NCBI GenBank assembly: GCA_963707915.1
Contig: OY970178.1
Coordinates: forward strand, 3,094,103-3,158,102
Length of the DNA stretch: 64,000 nucleotides
Direction of reading: 5' to 3'
Origin: Candidatus Eiseniibacteriota bacterium
GTDB lineage: Bacteria; Eisenbacteria; RBG-16-71-46
Part shown: piece after piece, positions 27,561-38,816 of the stretch
Numbering within the stretch: position 1 is the first letter of the stretch
How the letters are laid out: each line of letters begins with the position of its first letter
The notes under the pieces: generated by a model
The model's input: only the letters and a program-made list of their open reading frames with translations
What the model was told of the DNA's origin: nothing
Databases searched by the model: none
Program-made: the position numbers and the translations under genes

Positions 27561-28385
27561 ATGACCCACCCTGACGACGTACTGCGCGCGCGCGAGTGGC
27601 TCGAGCGCCAGTTGGCCGACCTCGGTCAACTGCGCAACGCGACGCGGCGTGACCAGAGTTTCAAGACGTGGCGGCAGCAGACCCTCACGGTGATCCAGCG
27701 GGTCTGGCCCGGCGACGCGCGCCGGGTGGACCGCTTCCGCCGCATCCCGTTCAGTCCGCCGGGCCAGCATGCCACGGCCGACCAGGTGCGCGATGGCTAC
27801 GAGCGCGGCTGGGGCGAGGCGGGGGTGCTGCTGCGGGAGTTCCTCTCCGAGATCAACCTGCTCGGCCTGCCGCAGATCCGCGCGGCCGGGACCAGCGCGG
27901 GCTCGGAGACCGAGGCCGCGATGGGTCCGATCCCGGCGCTGGACGGCCGCAAGGCGCCGCGGCCGCCGGCAGCCGCCGCGCCGGCCGCCGCCGCGCCGGC
28001 CGCCCCGGGCCCGCCTACGGGACCCCCGCCACTCGAACGCCGGTCCGGCGGTGACGTCGGCCGCGCGATGGACCGGCTGCTGGGGCGCGCGCGGGGCTTT
28101 GCCGGACCGGCCGAAGTGCCGCCCGCGCCTCAGGACGCGGCGCCCGAGCCGGGCTCTCCGGCGGCGGAGCTGGAGCGGATCGCGGGCGAGCTGGAGACGC
28201 TGGGGCTCACGCCGGCGATGGCCGTCCCGGCACGCGCCGCGCTGCTCGCGCTGGCGCGCGAGGCGCGCTCGAAGCCGCCGCGCTGGGAGTTGGTGGGCGA
28301 GGCGCTGGCCCACGCCGGGGCCACCCCGGCGCTGGCGCGGCGCGTGCTGCCGCTGCTGCACGAGTTCGTCGCGAAAGCGGCGTAG
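27561..28385 (+). CDS. hypothetical protein with a Pro/Ala-rich linker
   Basis: ATG at 27561 with GGGAGGA 10 nt upstream. No recognisable domain. Confidence 0.5.
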   Translation: MTHPDDVLRAREWLERQLADLGQLRNATRRDQSFKTWRQQTLTVIQRVWPGDARRVDRFRRIPFSPPGQHATADQVRDGYERGWGEAGVLLREFLSEINLLGLPQIRAAGTSAGSETEAAMGPIPALDGRKAPRPPAAAAPAAAAPAAPGPPTGPPPLERRSGGDVGRAMDRLLGRARGFAGPAEVPPAPQDAAPEPGSPAAELERIAGELETLGLTPAMAVPARAALLALAREARSKPPRWELVGEALAHAGATPALARRVLPLLHEFVAKAA

Positions 28386-28483
28386 CCCCGGTCCCGCCGG
28401 GACGGACCGCGCGGTTGCCCGGGGACGCCACCCGGGCCCTCCGGCCGTGGACCGTTGCGCCACGGCTCCTGTGCTATCCTGCG

Positions 28484-28500
28484 ATTCCCTAAGGGAATCC
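28484..28500 (+). promoter_or_regulatory. perfect palindrome GATTCCCT/AAGGGAATC overlapping the clpB ribosome-binding site
   Basis: GATTCCCTAAGGGAATC lies immediately 5' of the clpB ATG at 28503. It can form a 7-bp hairpin that occludes the AAGGGAA Shine-Dalgarno, or serve as a dimeric operator. Confidence 0.3.
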
Positions 28501-28502
28501 GC

Positions 28503-31172
<2,670 letters not shown>

Positions 31173-31179
31173 ACATGCG

Positions 31180-31199
31180 CCCGCGCGATTGACCGCGGG
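31180..31199 (+). terminator. short GC hairpin after clpB
   Basis: CCCGCG-N8-CGCGGG starts 8 nt after the TGA. Weak T content downstream. Confidence 0.25.
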
Positions 31200-31344
31200 G
31201 ACGGCTTCGTGTTCCACTGGGCGGGTTCGTCCAGTGTCATCCCGGCAGGGAGCGGCGGGGCCCGACACGATCCGGATCCGAGCGCAGGCCTCCGGATGAC
31301 CCGCCACCCTTCGTCCACGGCCTCCAGGGGCTCCACCTCGAGCG

Positions 31345-32604
31345 GTGCGCGAATCCTCCTTGAAGACCATCCTCTTCGTCGATGACAGCCCGGCCGCTTC
31401 GTACGGTGGATCCAAGCGCGTCCTGGTGGACATCGCCACCCGTCTCGATCGTTCCGAGTGGCGCCCATACGCCGCCTTCCGTACCGACGGTCCGTACCGG
31501 GCCGAACTCGACGCCGCGGGGATCCCCACGCTGGTCTATGGCAGGCTCGCGCAGCGCTCCCGGTCGGTGGCGTTCCCGGCCTGGCTCCGGTGGCTCGGGC
31601 TCGACACCGCCCCCGAGGGGACGGTGCGCCGGGCCGCCCTGCGCCGCGCCCTCTGGAACGGGCGCGCGGCCTTCCGCTGCCTGTGGCCGGACCGCTTGCT
31701 GGCGCGCCGGCTGTGCGCCGCGCTGCCCCGCGACGTCGCGGTGGTCCACTACAACTCCCGCATGTCGGACGGCTGCGAGTGGGCGCACGTGGCGCGGTGG
31801 CTCGGCGCCGCGCTGGTGATCCACGATCACGAGGTGTGGCGGGAGCCGACCAGCCTGTATCGCCGCGTGGCGCGCCGGGCCGCGTGCCTGGTCTGCCTGA
31901 CGGAGGAGCGCGCGGGGAAGCTGCGCGAGTTCTGCGGAAGCGCCATCCGGGCGACGGTGGTCTCCAACGGGGTCGATCTGGACGCGCTCCAGGCCCGCCG
32001 CGAGCCGGACAAGGTCGCCGCGCTCCGGGCGGAACTGCGGGGCCGCCCGCTGCTCGTGACGGCCGCTCACTACCGGCCCTGGAAGGGGCAGCTGCAGGCC
32101 CTCGACGCGGCGGCGCGGCTGGTCGCCGAGGGCCGCTCGTTCCTCTGGAGGTTCTGCGGGCACCCGTCGGACCCGGCCTACTTCGAGGCCCTCCAGGCCC
32201 GGGTCGGGGCCCTCGGCCTCGGGAGCCACGTCGTCATCGAGCCGCACCGGGACGACGTGCCGGCGCTGCTCGAGGCCGCCGACGTCGCGGTGCACACCTC
32301 GATCGAGACCGAGCCGTTCAGCCTCTCCATCCTCGAGGCCATGGGCTTCGGCGTTGCCGTCGTCGCGGCGCGTGCCGGCGGACACACGGAGGTCGTCCGC
32401 CACGGCGTGGAGGGTCTCCTCTACGCCCCGCGGGACGTGGCGGATCTGGCGGAGGCGCTCGCCGCGCTGCTCGCGGACCCGGCGCTTCGGCAGCGGCTCG
32501 GCGCGGCCGGCCTGGAGCGCGTTCGCACCTCCTACTCCCTCGCCACCCAGGTGGAGCGCCTCGAAGCGATCTACCGGGAGGCCGTCCTCGCGGGAGCCGG
32601 CTAG
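31345..32604 (+). CDS. glycosyltransferase family 4 (GT-B fold)
   Basis: C-terminal GT1/GT4 motif (EAMGFGVAVVAARAGGHTEVV...GLLY). Start is GTG 31345 or TTG 31360. The TAG stop lies inside the IS target duplication. Confidence 0.8.
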   Translation: MRESSLKTILFVDDSPAASYGGSKRVLVDIATRLDRSEWRPYAAFRTDGPYRAELDAAGIPTLVYGRLAQRSRSVAFPAWLRWLGLDTAPEGTVRRAALRRALWNGRAAFRCLWPDRLLARRLCAALPRDVAVVHYNSRMSDGCEWAHVARWLGAALVIHDHEVWREPTSLYRRVARRAACLVCLTEERAGKLREFCGSAIRATVVSNGVDLDALQARREPDKVAALRAELRGRPLLVTAAHYRPWKGQLQALDAAARLVAEGRSFLWRFCGHPSDPAYFEALQARVGALGLGSHVVIEPHRDDVPALLEAADVAVHTSIETEPFSLSILEAMGFGVAVVAARAGGHTEVVRHGVEGLLYAPRDVADLAEALAALLADPALRQRLGAAGLERVRTSYSLATQVERLEAIYREAVLAGAG

Positions 32605-32605
32605 C
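32600..32605. repeat. target-site duplication GCTAGC (left copy)
   Basis: Identical 6-mer flanks both ends of the IS element; IS481-type elements duplicate NCTAGN. Confidence 0.7.
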
Positions 32606-33666
32606 TGTGGAGTCTCAGGACGTTGTTCTCACCCGGGGTCGCAACCGACTGAAGGGTGGTAGGCCGTCCAGACTACCGTGTGGACGTCTCTGGTTGTAGT
32701 AGCGAAGCCAGCGGGGCAGGACGCGGGCCCGGACCTCGGAGGTCAGGTAGGCGGCCCCGTAGGCCCACTCGCGGATCAGGGTCTGGATGAAGCGCTCGGC
32801 CTTGCCGTTCGTCCTCGGGCGGTAGGGCCGCGTACGTTTGTGGACCAAGCGCAGCCGTTCCACCTCGTGAGCAAAGCAGCGCGCGAGGTAGCCCGAGCCG
32901 TTGTCACTGAGGATTCGGCGGATGCGGATGCCCAAGGTGCGGAACCAGGCCACAGCACGACGCAGGAACGCTGCCGAGGTCACGCCGGTCTCGTCCCGCA
33001 GCACCTCGGCATAGGCGATCCGGCTGCGGTCGTCGATGGCGACGTGCACGTAGTCCCAGCCCACCCGATGACCCCGTCGCCGGCGGTCTCCGGTGATGCG
33101 GTGACCGTAGAAGCCACTGATCCGCCCCAGTTTCTTGACGTCGAAGTGGAGCAGGTCCCCCGGGCGACGATGCTGGTAGCGGTTCGCGGGCTCCTGCGGC
33201 TCGAGCTTCTGGAGCCGTTCCAGCCCGGCGCGTTTGAGCACCCGCGCCACCGTTGCCCGCGGACGCTTCAGGTCCCGGGCGATCTGCGGCCCGGTCATCC
33301 TCGTGCGCCGCAGCAGCAGGATCATCTCCCGCCATTCGATCGGGGTCGCGTGGGGGTGGCGCCGAGGCCGCGAGCTGCGGTCCTGCAGGCTGGCCGAGTC
33401 CTCGGCCTGGTAGCGGCCCAGCCACTTGTGGGCCGTCCGGCGGCTGATCCCTGCGGCCGTGGCCGCTCGGGTCACGCTCCAGCCCGACTCCCGTACCCGG
33501 CCAACAAGCAGTGCTCGACTGGCAGGGCAGGTCCGTGCTCCACTGTGGAGGTTCATCCGGGGTTCCTCGCTGGTCAGACGTTGACGGCTTCGAACACCAC
33601 CAACATCTGTCAGAAGGACCCCGGTTGAACAGTCTCAACCTGTGAACAACCTAGTGAGACTCCACA
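32606..33666 (-). mobile_element. IS481-family insertion sequence, about 1061 bp, imperfect terminal inverted repeats TGTGGAGTCTCA...GTTGTTC
   Basis: Left end TGTGGAGTCTCAGGACGTTGTTCTCAC and right end (reverse complement) TGTGGAGTCTCACTAGGTTGTTCACAG share 13/13 terminal nucleotides plus a GTTGTTC block. A single DDE transposase lies between them. Flanked by GCTAGC direct repeats. Confidence 0.8.
32615..33556 (-). CDS. IS481-family DDE transposase (integrase core domain)
   Basis: N-terminal HTH (SVTRAATAAGISRRTAHKWL), rve-like core (HFDVKKL...D...E) and a C-terminus typical of IS481 transposases. Confidence 0.9.
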   Translation of the reverse strand: MNLHSGARTCPASRALLVGRVRESGWSVTRAATAAGISRRTAHKWLGRYQAEDSASLQDRSSRPRRHPHATPIEWREMILLLRRTRMTGPQIARDLKRPRATVARVLKRAGLERLQKLEPQEPANRYQHRRPGDLLHFDVKKLGRISGFYGHRITGDRRRRGHRVGWDYVHVAIDDRSRIAYAEVLRDETGVTSAAFLRRAVAWFRTLGIRIRRILSDNGSGYLARCFAHEVERLRLVHKRTRPYRPRTNGKAERFIQTLIREWAYGAAYLTSEVRARVLPRWLRYYNQRRPHGSLDGLPPFSRLRPRVRTTS

Positions 33667-33672
33667 GCTAGC
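33667..33672. repeat. target-site duplication GCTAGC (right copy)
   Basis: Matches 32600-32605. Confidence 0.7.
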
Positions 33673-34624
33673 GGCCGACGAGCCGTCCGAGGGCCCTGCT
33701 CAGGACCTTCCCCGGGGCGAAGTCGTAGCGCAGGCTGGTGAGCAGGCAGCGCAATGCCGCCCCGGGGGCGTGGCGGCGGTCCAGGTGGTCGCGGCCCAGG
33801 GCCCACATGCGGCGGGCGTAGATCCGGCGATAGAGCGGGTCGCCCGTGTCGGCGAGCGGCCGGTGGTGGCGCGCGAACACCTGCTCGTACGCGCTCAGCA
33901 GCCGGGCGAAATCGGCGGTGATGCTCCCCGGGGTCTTGACGTAGCGGTACAGCGGGCCGGGCGCGTAGGCGGCGATCACTCCGGAGCGCACCATCCGGAT
34001 GCAGAGCTCCCAGTCCTCGTAACAGCGGAACGCGGGATCGTAGCCGCCGAGCCGCAGCAGCATCCCGCGCTCCAGCAGCACCGTCCGCTCCACGAAGCAG
34101 TGCTCGAGCAGGGCGGGGAGCCAGCCCGAGGTCGGGCCCGCCGGCAGAGCGCTCGCGCGGAACTGCTCGCCTTCGGCGTCCACGCGCACGATGTCGCTGA
34201 TGCACCAGCCGGCCCCGGGCGTGCGCCCGACCGCGGCCAGCGCCCGTTCCAGTGCGCGCGGATCGAGCTCGTCGTCCGCGTCGAGCGGCATGATCCACTC
34301 GCCGTGCGCGCGCCCGACCGCGGCGTTGCGCGCGGCGGAGACGCCGGCGTTGCGCTGCCGGATGACGGCGGCGACCCTGCCCTCCGCCGCGAGCCGCTCC
34401 AGCAGCTGCGGGGTGCCGTCGGTGGAGCCGTCGTCCACGGCGATCACCTCCAGCGCCGGGACGGTCTGGACCTCCACCGAGCGGACCGCGCGCTCCAGCG
34501 TGTTCGCGCGGTCGTGGACCGGGATGCACACGCTGATCGAGCCCCGCACCGACGGTGCCGGGGGGGCCGGGGTCCCGGGCGTGGCCGCGGCGGGACGCCG
34601 GGACGGGTGGGGGCTGTCTTCCAT
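33668..34624 (-). CDS. glycosyltransferase family 2
   Basis: ISVCIPVHDRANTLERAVRSV...VIAVDDGSTDGT...DADD motifs (GT-A DXD). The stop (CTA on + strand) lies in the right copy of the IS target duplication. Confidence 0.8.
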   Translation of the reverse strand: MEDSPHPSRRPAAATPGTPAPPAPSVRGSISVCIPVHDRANTLERAVRSVEVQTVPALEVIAVDDGSTDGTPQLLERLAAEGRVAAVIRQRNAGVSAARNAAVGRAHGEWIMPLDADDELDPRALERALAAVGRTPGAGWCISDIVRVDAEGEQFRASALPAGPTSGWLPALLEHCFVERTVLLERGMLLRLGGYDPAFRCYEDWELCIRMVRSGVIAAYAPGPLYRYVKTPGSITADFARLLSAYEQVFARHHRPLADTGDPLYRRIYARRMWALGRDHLDRRHAPGAALRCLLTSLRYDFAPGKVLSRALGRLVGR

Positions 34625-35084
34625 GTCCGTTCGCCTCGCGCCGTGATCGGTCGGTTCGCTCGCGGGCGTCCGGGCGCGCGGAAGACCCGACCGAAGCCCT
34701 GCCGAAGCGGGAGCACCCCGACCGGACTCGCTGCCGGGCTCGACAACACCGTGTGGCGCCGGTGCGTCACTCCCGGGCGTGGGAGGGGAGAAGAGCGGAC
34801 CCGGATACGCGTGTCAAGGGCGGCGTCTCACCGGGTTGCCGGCTCCGGCCCGGATCCCCGCGCGGGGCCGCGGGGGGACCCGTAGAGTGTGGCGGGGCCA
34901 TGCATTCCGCCTTGGGAGCGGTCCAGACTTGTGCGCCGCCCGGGGCCGGTGCTCCCGGGGGCGGGGGTCCGCACTCTCAACCCCTTGCGCCGCAACCCCG
35001 GTTGCTCCAACATGCGGCGGCACGCTAGGTGCAATCGTGGTGAGCCCTTTCCCGAACCACAGTCCCGGCTGAGGCTGGCGACCC

Positions 35085-37052
35085 TTGTCCCGAGGACCCA
35101 TGCACGTCATTCGTGATCGACAGCCGGCCGTCGTCGTCCGGAACGCCTTGATGAGGATCCTGCCGGTGCTGGGCTGCCTGCTCCTCGCGGCGGGCCCGAG
35201 CGCCGCGGCGACCTACTACGTGAGCACCGCCGGCAACGACGCGAACGTCGGCACCCAGTCCTTGCCGTGGCGCACGCTGGCCAAGGCCAATGCCACGCTC
35301 GTGGCCGGGGACGCCTGCTGGATCGCCGCCGGGACGTACGCCGACCCGATCCAGCCCGTCAACTCCGGCACGGGCTACCGCCCCGGCGGGATGATCAGCT
35401 ACGTCGGCTCGATCGCGAACCCCGGGGGGGTCGTCGTTCCCTCGCTCGTGCTGCGGGGCCAGTACGTGAGCGTCAAGGGCGTGACCGTCACCATGCCGTC
35501 GACGTCACACCTGGGAGCCATCCTCTCGGGCACCCGCGACTCCCTGTCCTTCTGCACCCTCAACAACGAGTGGGTGCAGATCGACGGCGGCAGCGACAAC
35601 CTGATGGCGAACTGCACCATCAACGCGGGGCATTTCTTCTTCGACGGGCTGGGTACCGCCGACACGACCCCGTTCGTCGTGCGCGACACCATCCGGAACT
35701 GCACCTTCAACCTGAACCCGACCGACCCTGCCCACACCTCCAACATCACGATGAGCTGGACCGGGGTGAAGTCGTGCCTCATCGACAGCTCCCGCTTCAA
35801 CATCACGGCGGGGACGGCCGTCCCCGGTGGCGGCTTCACCAAGCTGTTCTACAGCCAGCGGAACCGGATCGCGGACTGCAAGTGGACGATGACCCTGAAC
35901 ACCACCGGGAGCTGCGACGAGTGCTGGAGCTTCCGGATCCGCGACATCAGCCGCTTCAACGTCTTCGAGCGGGACACGTTCTACATGGACGGCGCCGGCG
36001 GTGCGCTGCACGTGGGGTTCTACGCGGCCTGCACGGGGGCGGTGGGGAACAACCTGGCCAACACCAACAACAAGTTCGACCACTGCCTGTGGAAGATCCC
36101 GGTCCAGACCCAGATCGGCGGGGCCGTGGTCTTCCAGGCCCCCGGGACCGCCGACACGCTGGACCACTGCACCATCATCTCGGGGGTCGATCCCGCGATC
36201 GCGTTCAAGGGCGACGCCGCCACCGTCAACCCGAACTCGCTGGTCATCGACCACTGCACGTTCGTCAGCTTCGGGCCCGAGGGCCGGGTGTTCGACAACA
36301 GCGACGGGTCGGGCGTGGCGCCGGGCGGGGCGAACGCGTTCACCAACTCGATCTTCTACGCCGCTGCCGCCGCTCCGACGCGGGCGCCGTACTGGCTCCG
36401 CTACCCGACGGGCGTGGCCTCGGATCGCAACCTGTTCTACTCGCAGGGCGGGTCGGGACGCGTGCTCGATCTCGGATTCGCGGACTACCACTCGCTCACC
36501 CAGGCCTGTACGGACCACGGATACGACTGCAATTCCGTCTTCGGGAACCCGGCGTTCGCCGTCTCGAGTTCGGTCGCGGCCTTCGACCCGCGCCTGCTGT
36601 CGGGCTCCGCGGCGATCGGCCGGGGGGCGGGCGGGAGCGACATCGGCGCGTTCCCTTTCGTCCCCGGCGGCGCTGACCTGACCCCTCCGGCCACGGTCAC
36701 GAACCTGGCGGTCGTGCAGGTGGGCGTCGACTACGCGCTGCTCGGCTGGACCGCCCCGGGCGACAACGGCACCACGGGCACGGTCGCCGCCTACGACCTG
36801 CGCACCTCGACGCAGCCCATCACCGCGGCCAACTTCGCCGCCGCGACCGCGGTGGCGGTGGCGCCCGCGATCCTGCCGGCGGGATCGGCCCAGAGCTACG
36901 CGGCCACCGGGCTCACCGCATCGACGCCGTACTACTTCGCGCTCAAGGCGCGCGACGCGGCCGGCAACTGGTCCACGGTCAGCAACGTGCCCACGACCAC
37001 CACGACCGCGACGGACCAGGTGCCGCCGGCGCGGATCACCGACCTCCACTAG
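35085..37052 (+). CDS. secreted right-handed parallel beta-helix (pectin-lyase-fold, DUF1565-like) protein with a C-terminal Ig/FN3-like domain
   Basis: Signal peptide, N-terminal YYVSTAGNDANVGTQSLPWRTLAKAN signature, many NxT/Cys-containing beta-helix rungs, Thr-rich C-terminus. The exact start is ambiguous between 35085 and internal Met codons. Confidence 0.65.
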   Translation: MSRGPMHVIRDRQPAVVVRNALMRILPVLGCLLLAAGPSAAATYYVSTAGNDANVGTQSLPWRTLAKANATLVAGDACWIAAGTYADPIQPVNSGTGYRPGGMISYVGSIANPGGVVVPSLVLRGQYVSVKGVTVTMPSTSHLGAILSGTRDSLSFCTLNNEWVQIDGGSDNLMANCTINAGHFFFDGLGTADTTPFVVRDTIRNCTFNLNPTDPAHTSNITMSWTGVKSCLIDSSRFNITAGTAVPGGGFTKLFYSQRNRIADCKWTMTLNTTGSCDECWSFRIRDISRFNVFERDTFYMDGAGGALHVGFYAACTGAVGNNLANTNNKFDHCLWKIPVQTQIGGAVVFQAPGTADTLDHCTIISGVDPAIAFKGDAATVNPNSLVIDHCTFVSFGPEGRVFDNSDGSGVAPGGANAFTNSIFYAAAAAPTRAPYWLRYPTGVASDRNLFYSQGGSGRVLDLGFADYHSLTQACTDHGYDCNSVFGNPAFAVSSSVAAFDPRLLSGSAAIGRGAGGSDIGAFPFVPGGADLTPPATVTNLAVVQVGVDYALLGWTAPGDNGTTGTVAAYDLRTSTQPITAANFAAATAVAVAPAILPAGSAQSYAATGLTASTPYYFALKARDAAGNWSTVSNVPTTTTTATDQVPPARITDLH

Positions 37053-37131
37053 GGGCGGGTCGCCGGCCGAAGAACCCGGGCCGGCGGAGGCCGGGACGCC
37101 CGCACGCAGCACCGTGCGGTGGCGCGCGGTC

Positions 37132-38448
37132 CTAGAGGGCGCTGCGCTGGGGCGAGTAGAAGACCACCTTGTTCTTGGGCGGGCGCTTGGCCCTCAGCAG
37201 CGCCTGGTTGGCGGCGCGCCACAGGTCCTCGCCGCTCAGCGCGTGGTCCGGGAACAGCGCCACCCCGAGGCTCATCGTCACGCCCACCGGGTGCCGCTTG
37301 CGGTCGAGCCCCTCGACCTCGATGGCGAGCCGCTCCACCACCGAGCGCAGGCGCTCCGAGACCGTCACCACGTCGTGGGCGTGCACCGGTGAAGTGAGCA
37401 GCACGGCGAACTCCTCGCCGCCCCAGCGCGCCACCGTGTCGAAGGGACGCACGCCGTGGCTCAGCGACTGCGCCACCTGCACCAGCACCTCGTCGCCGGC
37501 CCCGTAGCCGAACGAGGTGTTGAACGACTTGAAGTCGTCGATGTCCGCGATGCACAGCGCCATCGAGGTGCGTTCGCGCTGGGCGCGCGCCATCTCGTTG
37601 CGCAGTTGCAGGTCGAAGTACGAGCGGTTGTAGACCGCGGTGAGCGGATCGATGAAGATCAGCTTCTCGATGCGGGCGGCGCGCTCCAGGACGCCGGCGC
37701 ACGAGTCCGCCAGCAGGGCCACCAGCGCCAGCGCGTCGGGCGGGAAGCGGTCGGCGTCGCGCGACAGCACCTCGAGCAGCCCCAGCGGCTCGCCTTCGAA
37801 CGTGGCGGCGGCCGCGATCACGGCCGAGCGGATCCCGCGCCGCCGGCCTTCGGCCACGAGCGCGGGACAGCGCTCCGTGTCGGGGCAGTAGAGCAGCGCG
37901 TCGGGCCTCCCGCGCGCCTCGGCGGCGAGCGCGGCGGAGAGCGGTTCGGGGCCGGTGGCCTCGTCGCCGGGGGGGACGAAGCGGACCTCGCTGGCGCCGA
38001 GCAGCTCGCGGCCGGCCCGGTCGAGCTGCTCGATCAGCCCGGGGCGGGTCTGGCCGGAGCGCGGGTCGAAGGCGAGCATGGCCTCGTCGAGCCTGAGCAG
38101 CCGGCGCACCTGCTCGAGCCCGGTCTGGGCCTGCTCGGGCAGGCTCGACCGCAGCACGACCAGCAGCCCGGTGCGCTCCAGTGGGGCGGGCTGCTCGAGC
38201 GTGATGATCCCAAGGGTGTCGCGGGTCTGCCAGCGCCGCACGCGCCGGCCGTTCTCGGAGTCGGGCATGCGGCGCACCGCGCCGGTCTCCTCGAGGCGCG
38301 CGAGCGCGAAGAGGGCGGCCTGCTCGAGCTGGGCCGAGACGCCGGTCTGGAGCGCGCGCTGGACGCGCAGGCGGTCGGTGGGGGGCAATTCGTCCAGCGG
38401 GAGCAGGTGCTCGATGAGCTCCCGAAAGTCGATCGCCTTCTGTCGCAT
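37132..38448 (-). CDS. GAF-GGDEF diguanylate cyclase
   Basis: GGEEF active site (RWGGEEFAVLL) and an upstream GAF-like region. Start is at 38448 (MRQKAIDF, AGGGA upstream) or 38478. Confidence 0.8.
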   Translation of the reverse strand: MRQKAIDFRELIEHLLPLDELPPTDRLRVQRALQTGVSAQLEQAALFALARLEETGAVRRMPDSENGRRVRRWQTRDTLGIITLEQPAPLERTGLLVVLRSSLPEQAQTGLEQVRRLLRLDEAMLAFDPRSGQTRPGLIEQLDRAGRELLGASEVRFVPPGDEATGPEPLSAALAAEARGRPDALLYCPDTERCPALVAEGRRRGIRSAVIAAAATFEGEPLGLLEVLSRDADRFPPDALALVALLADSCAGVLERAARIEKLIFIDPLTAVYNRSYFDLQLRNEMARAQRERTSMALCIADIDDFKSFNTSFGYGAGDEVLVQVAQSLSHGVRPFDTVARWGGEEFAVLLTSPVHAHDVVTVSERLRSVVERLAIEVEGLDRKRHPVGVTMSLGVALFPDHALSGEDLWRAANQALLRAKRPPKNKVVFYSPQRSAL

Positions 38449-38698
38449 GGGGCGTCCCTGCCTCGATTCCGATGCCATCGGGTGCGGCCCTCCGGAGCCC
38501 TGACGAGGTGCGATCTCACGAGGTGCTGGGCCCGCCGATCCCGGTGCGGAGCGAGACAATGGTAGCACAGCCGGGGGGCGCCGGAGCCGTCGCGCGACGG
38601 ACGCGGCGGGCGAGTGGGGCGGCGAGGCGCGGGGCCGGGGCATTCGACCCAGCGGGGGCTCCGCGCCGGGCGGTCGGGCGCGGCCCGTCCGGGGGAGG

Positions 38699-38809
38699 CT
38701 AGCGGAAGAACGTGAAGCGCAGGATCAGCAGCAGGAAGAGCAGCAGCAGGTAGAACTGCAGGAAGTACAGGGCGAACCGCTTGCCCTTGGTCATCTTCAC
38801 CGGGGGCAT
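38699..38809 (-). CDS. 36-aa extremely hydrophobic micropeptide (MPPVKMTKGKRFALYFLQFYLLLLFLLLILRFTFFR)
   Basis: Starts 8 nt after the stop of the MgtE-N/CBS gene. Local AT-rich codons. A single predicted TM helix. Confidence 0.3.
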   Translation of the reverse strand: MPPVKMTKGKRFALYFLQFYLLLLFLLLILRFTFFR

Positions 38810-38816
38810 GGCGGCC

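Noticed and set aside
28386-28502. Sigma-32 heat-shock promoter or CIRCE/HAIR element upstream of clpB
   Set aside because: No CTTGAAA-N13-15-CCCCAT, TTAGCACTC-N9-GAGTGCTAA or CTTGAGT-N7-ACTCAAG match. Only the novel GATTCCCT/AAGGGAATC dyad was retained.
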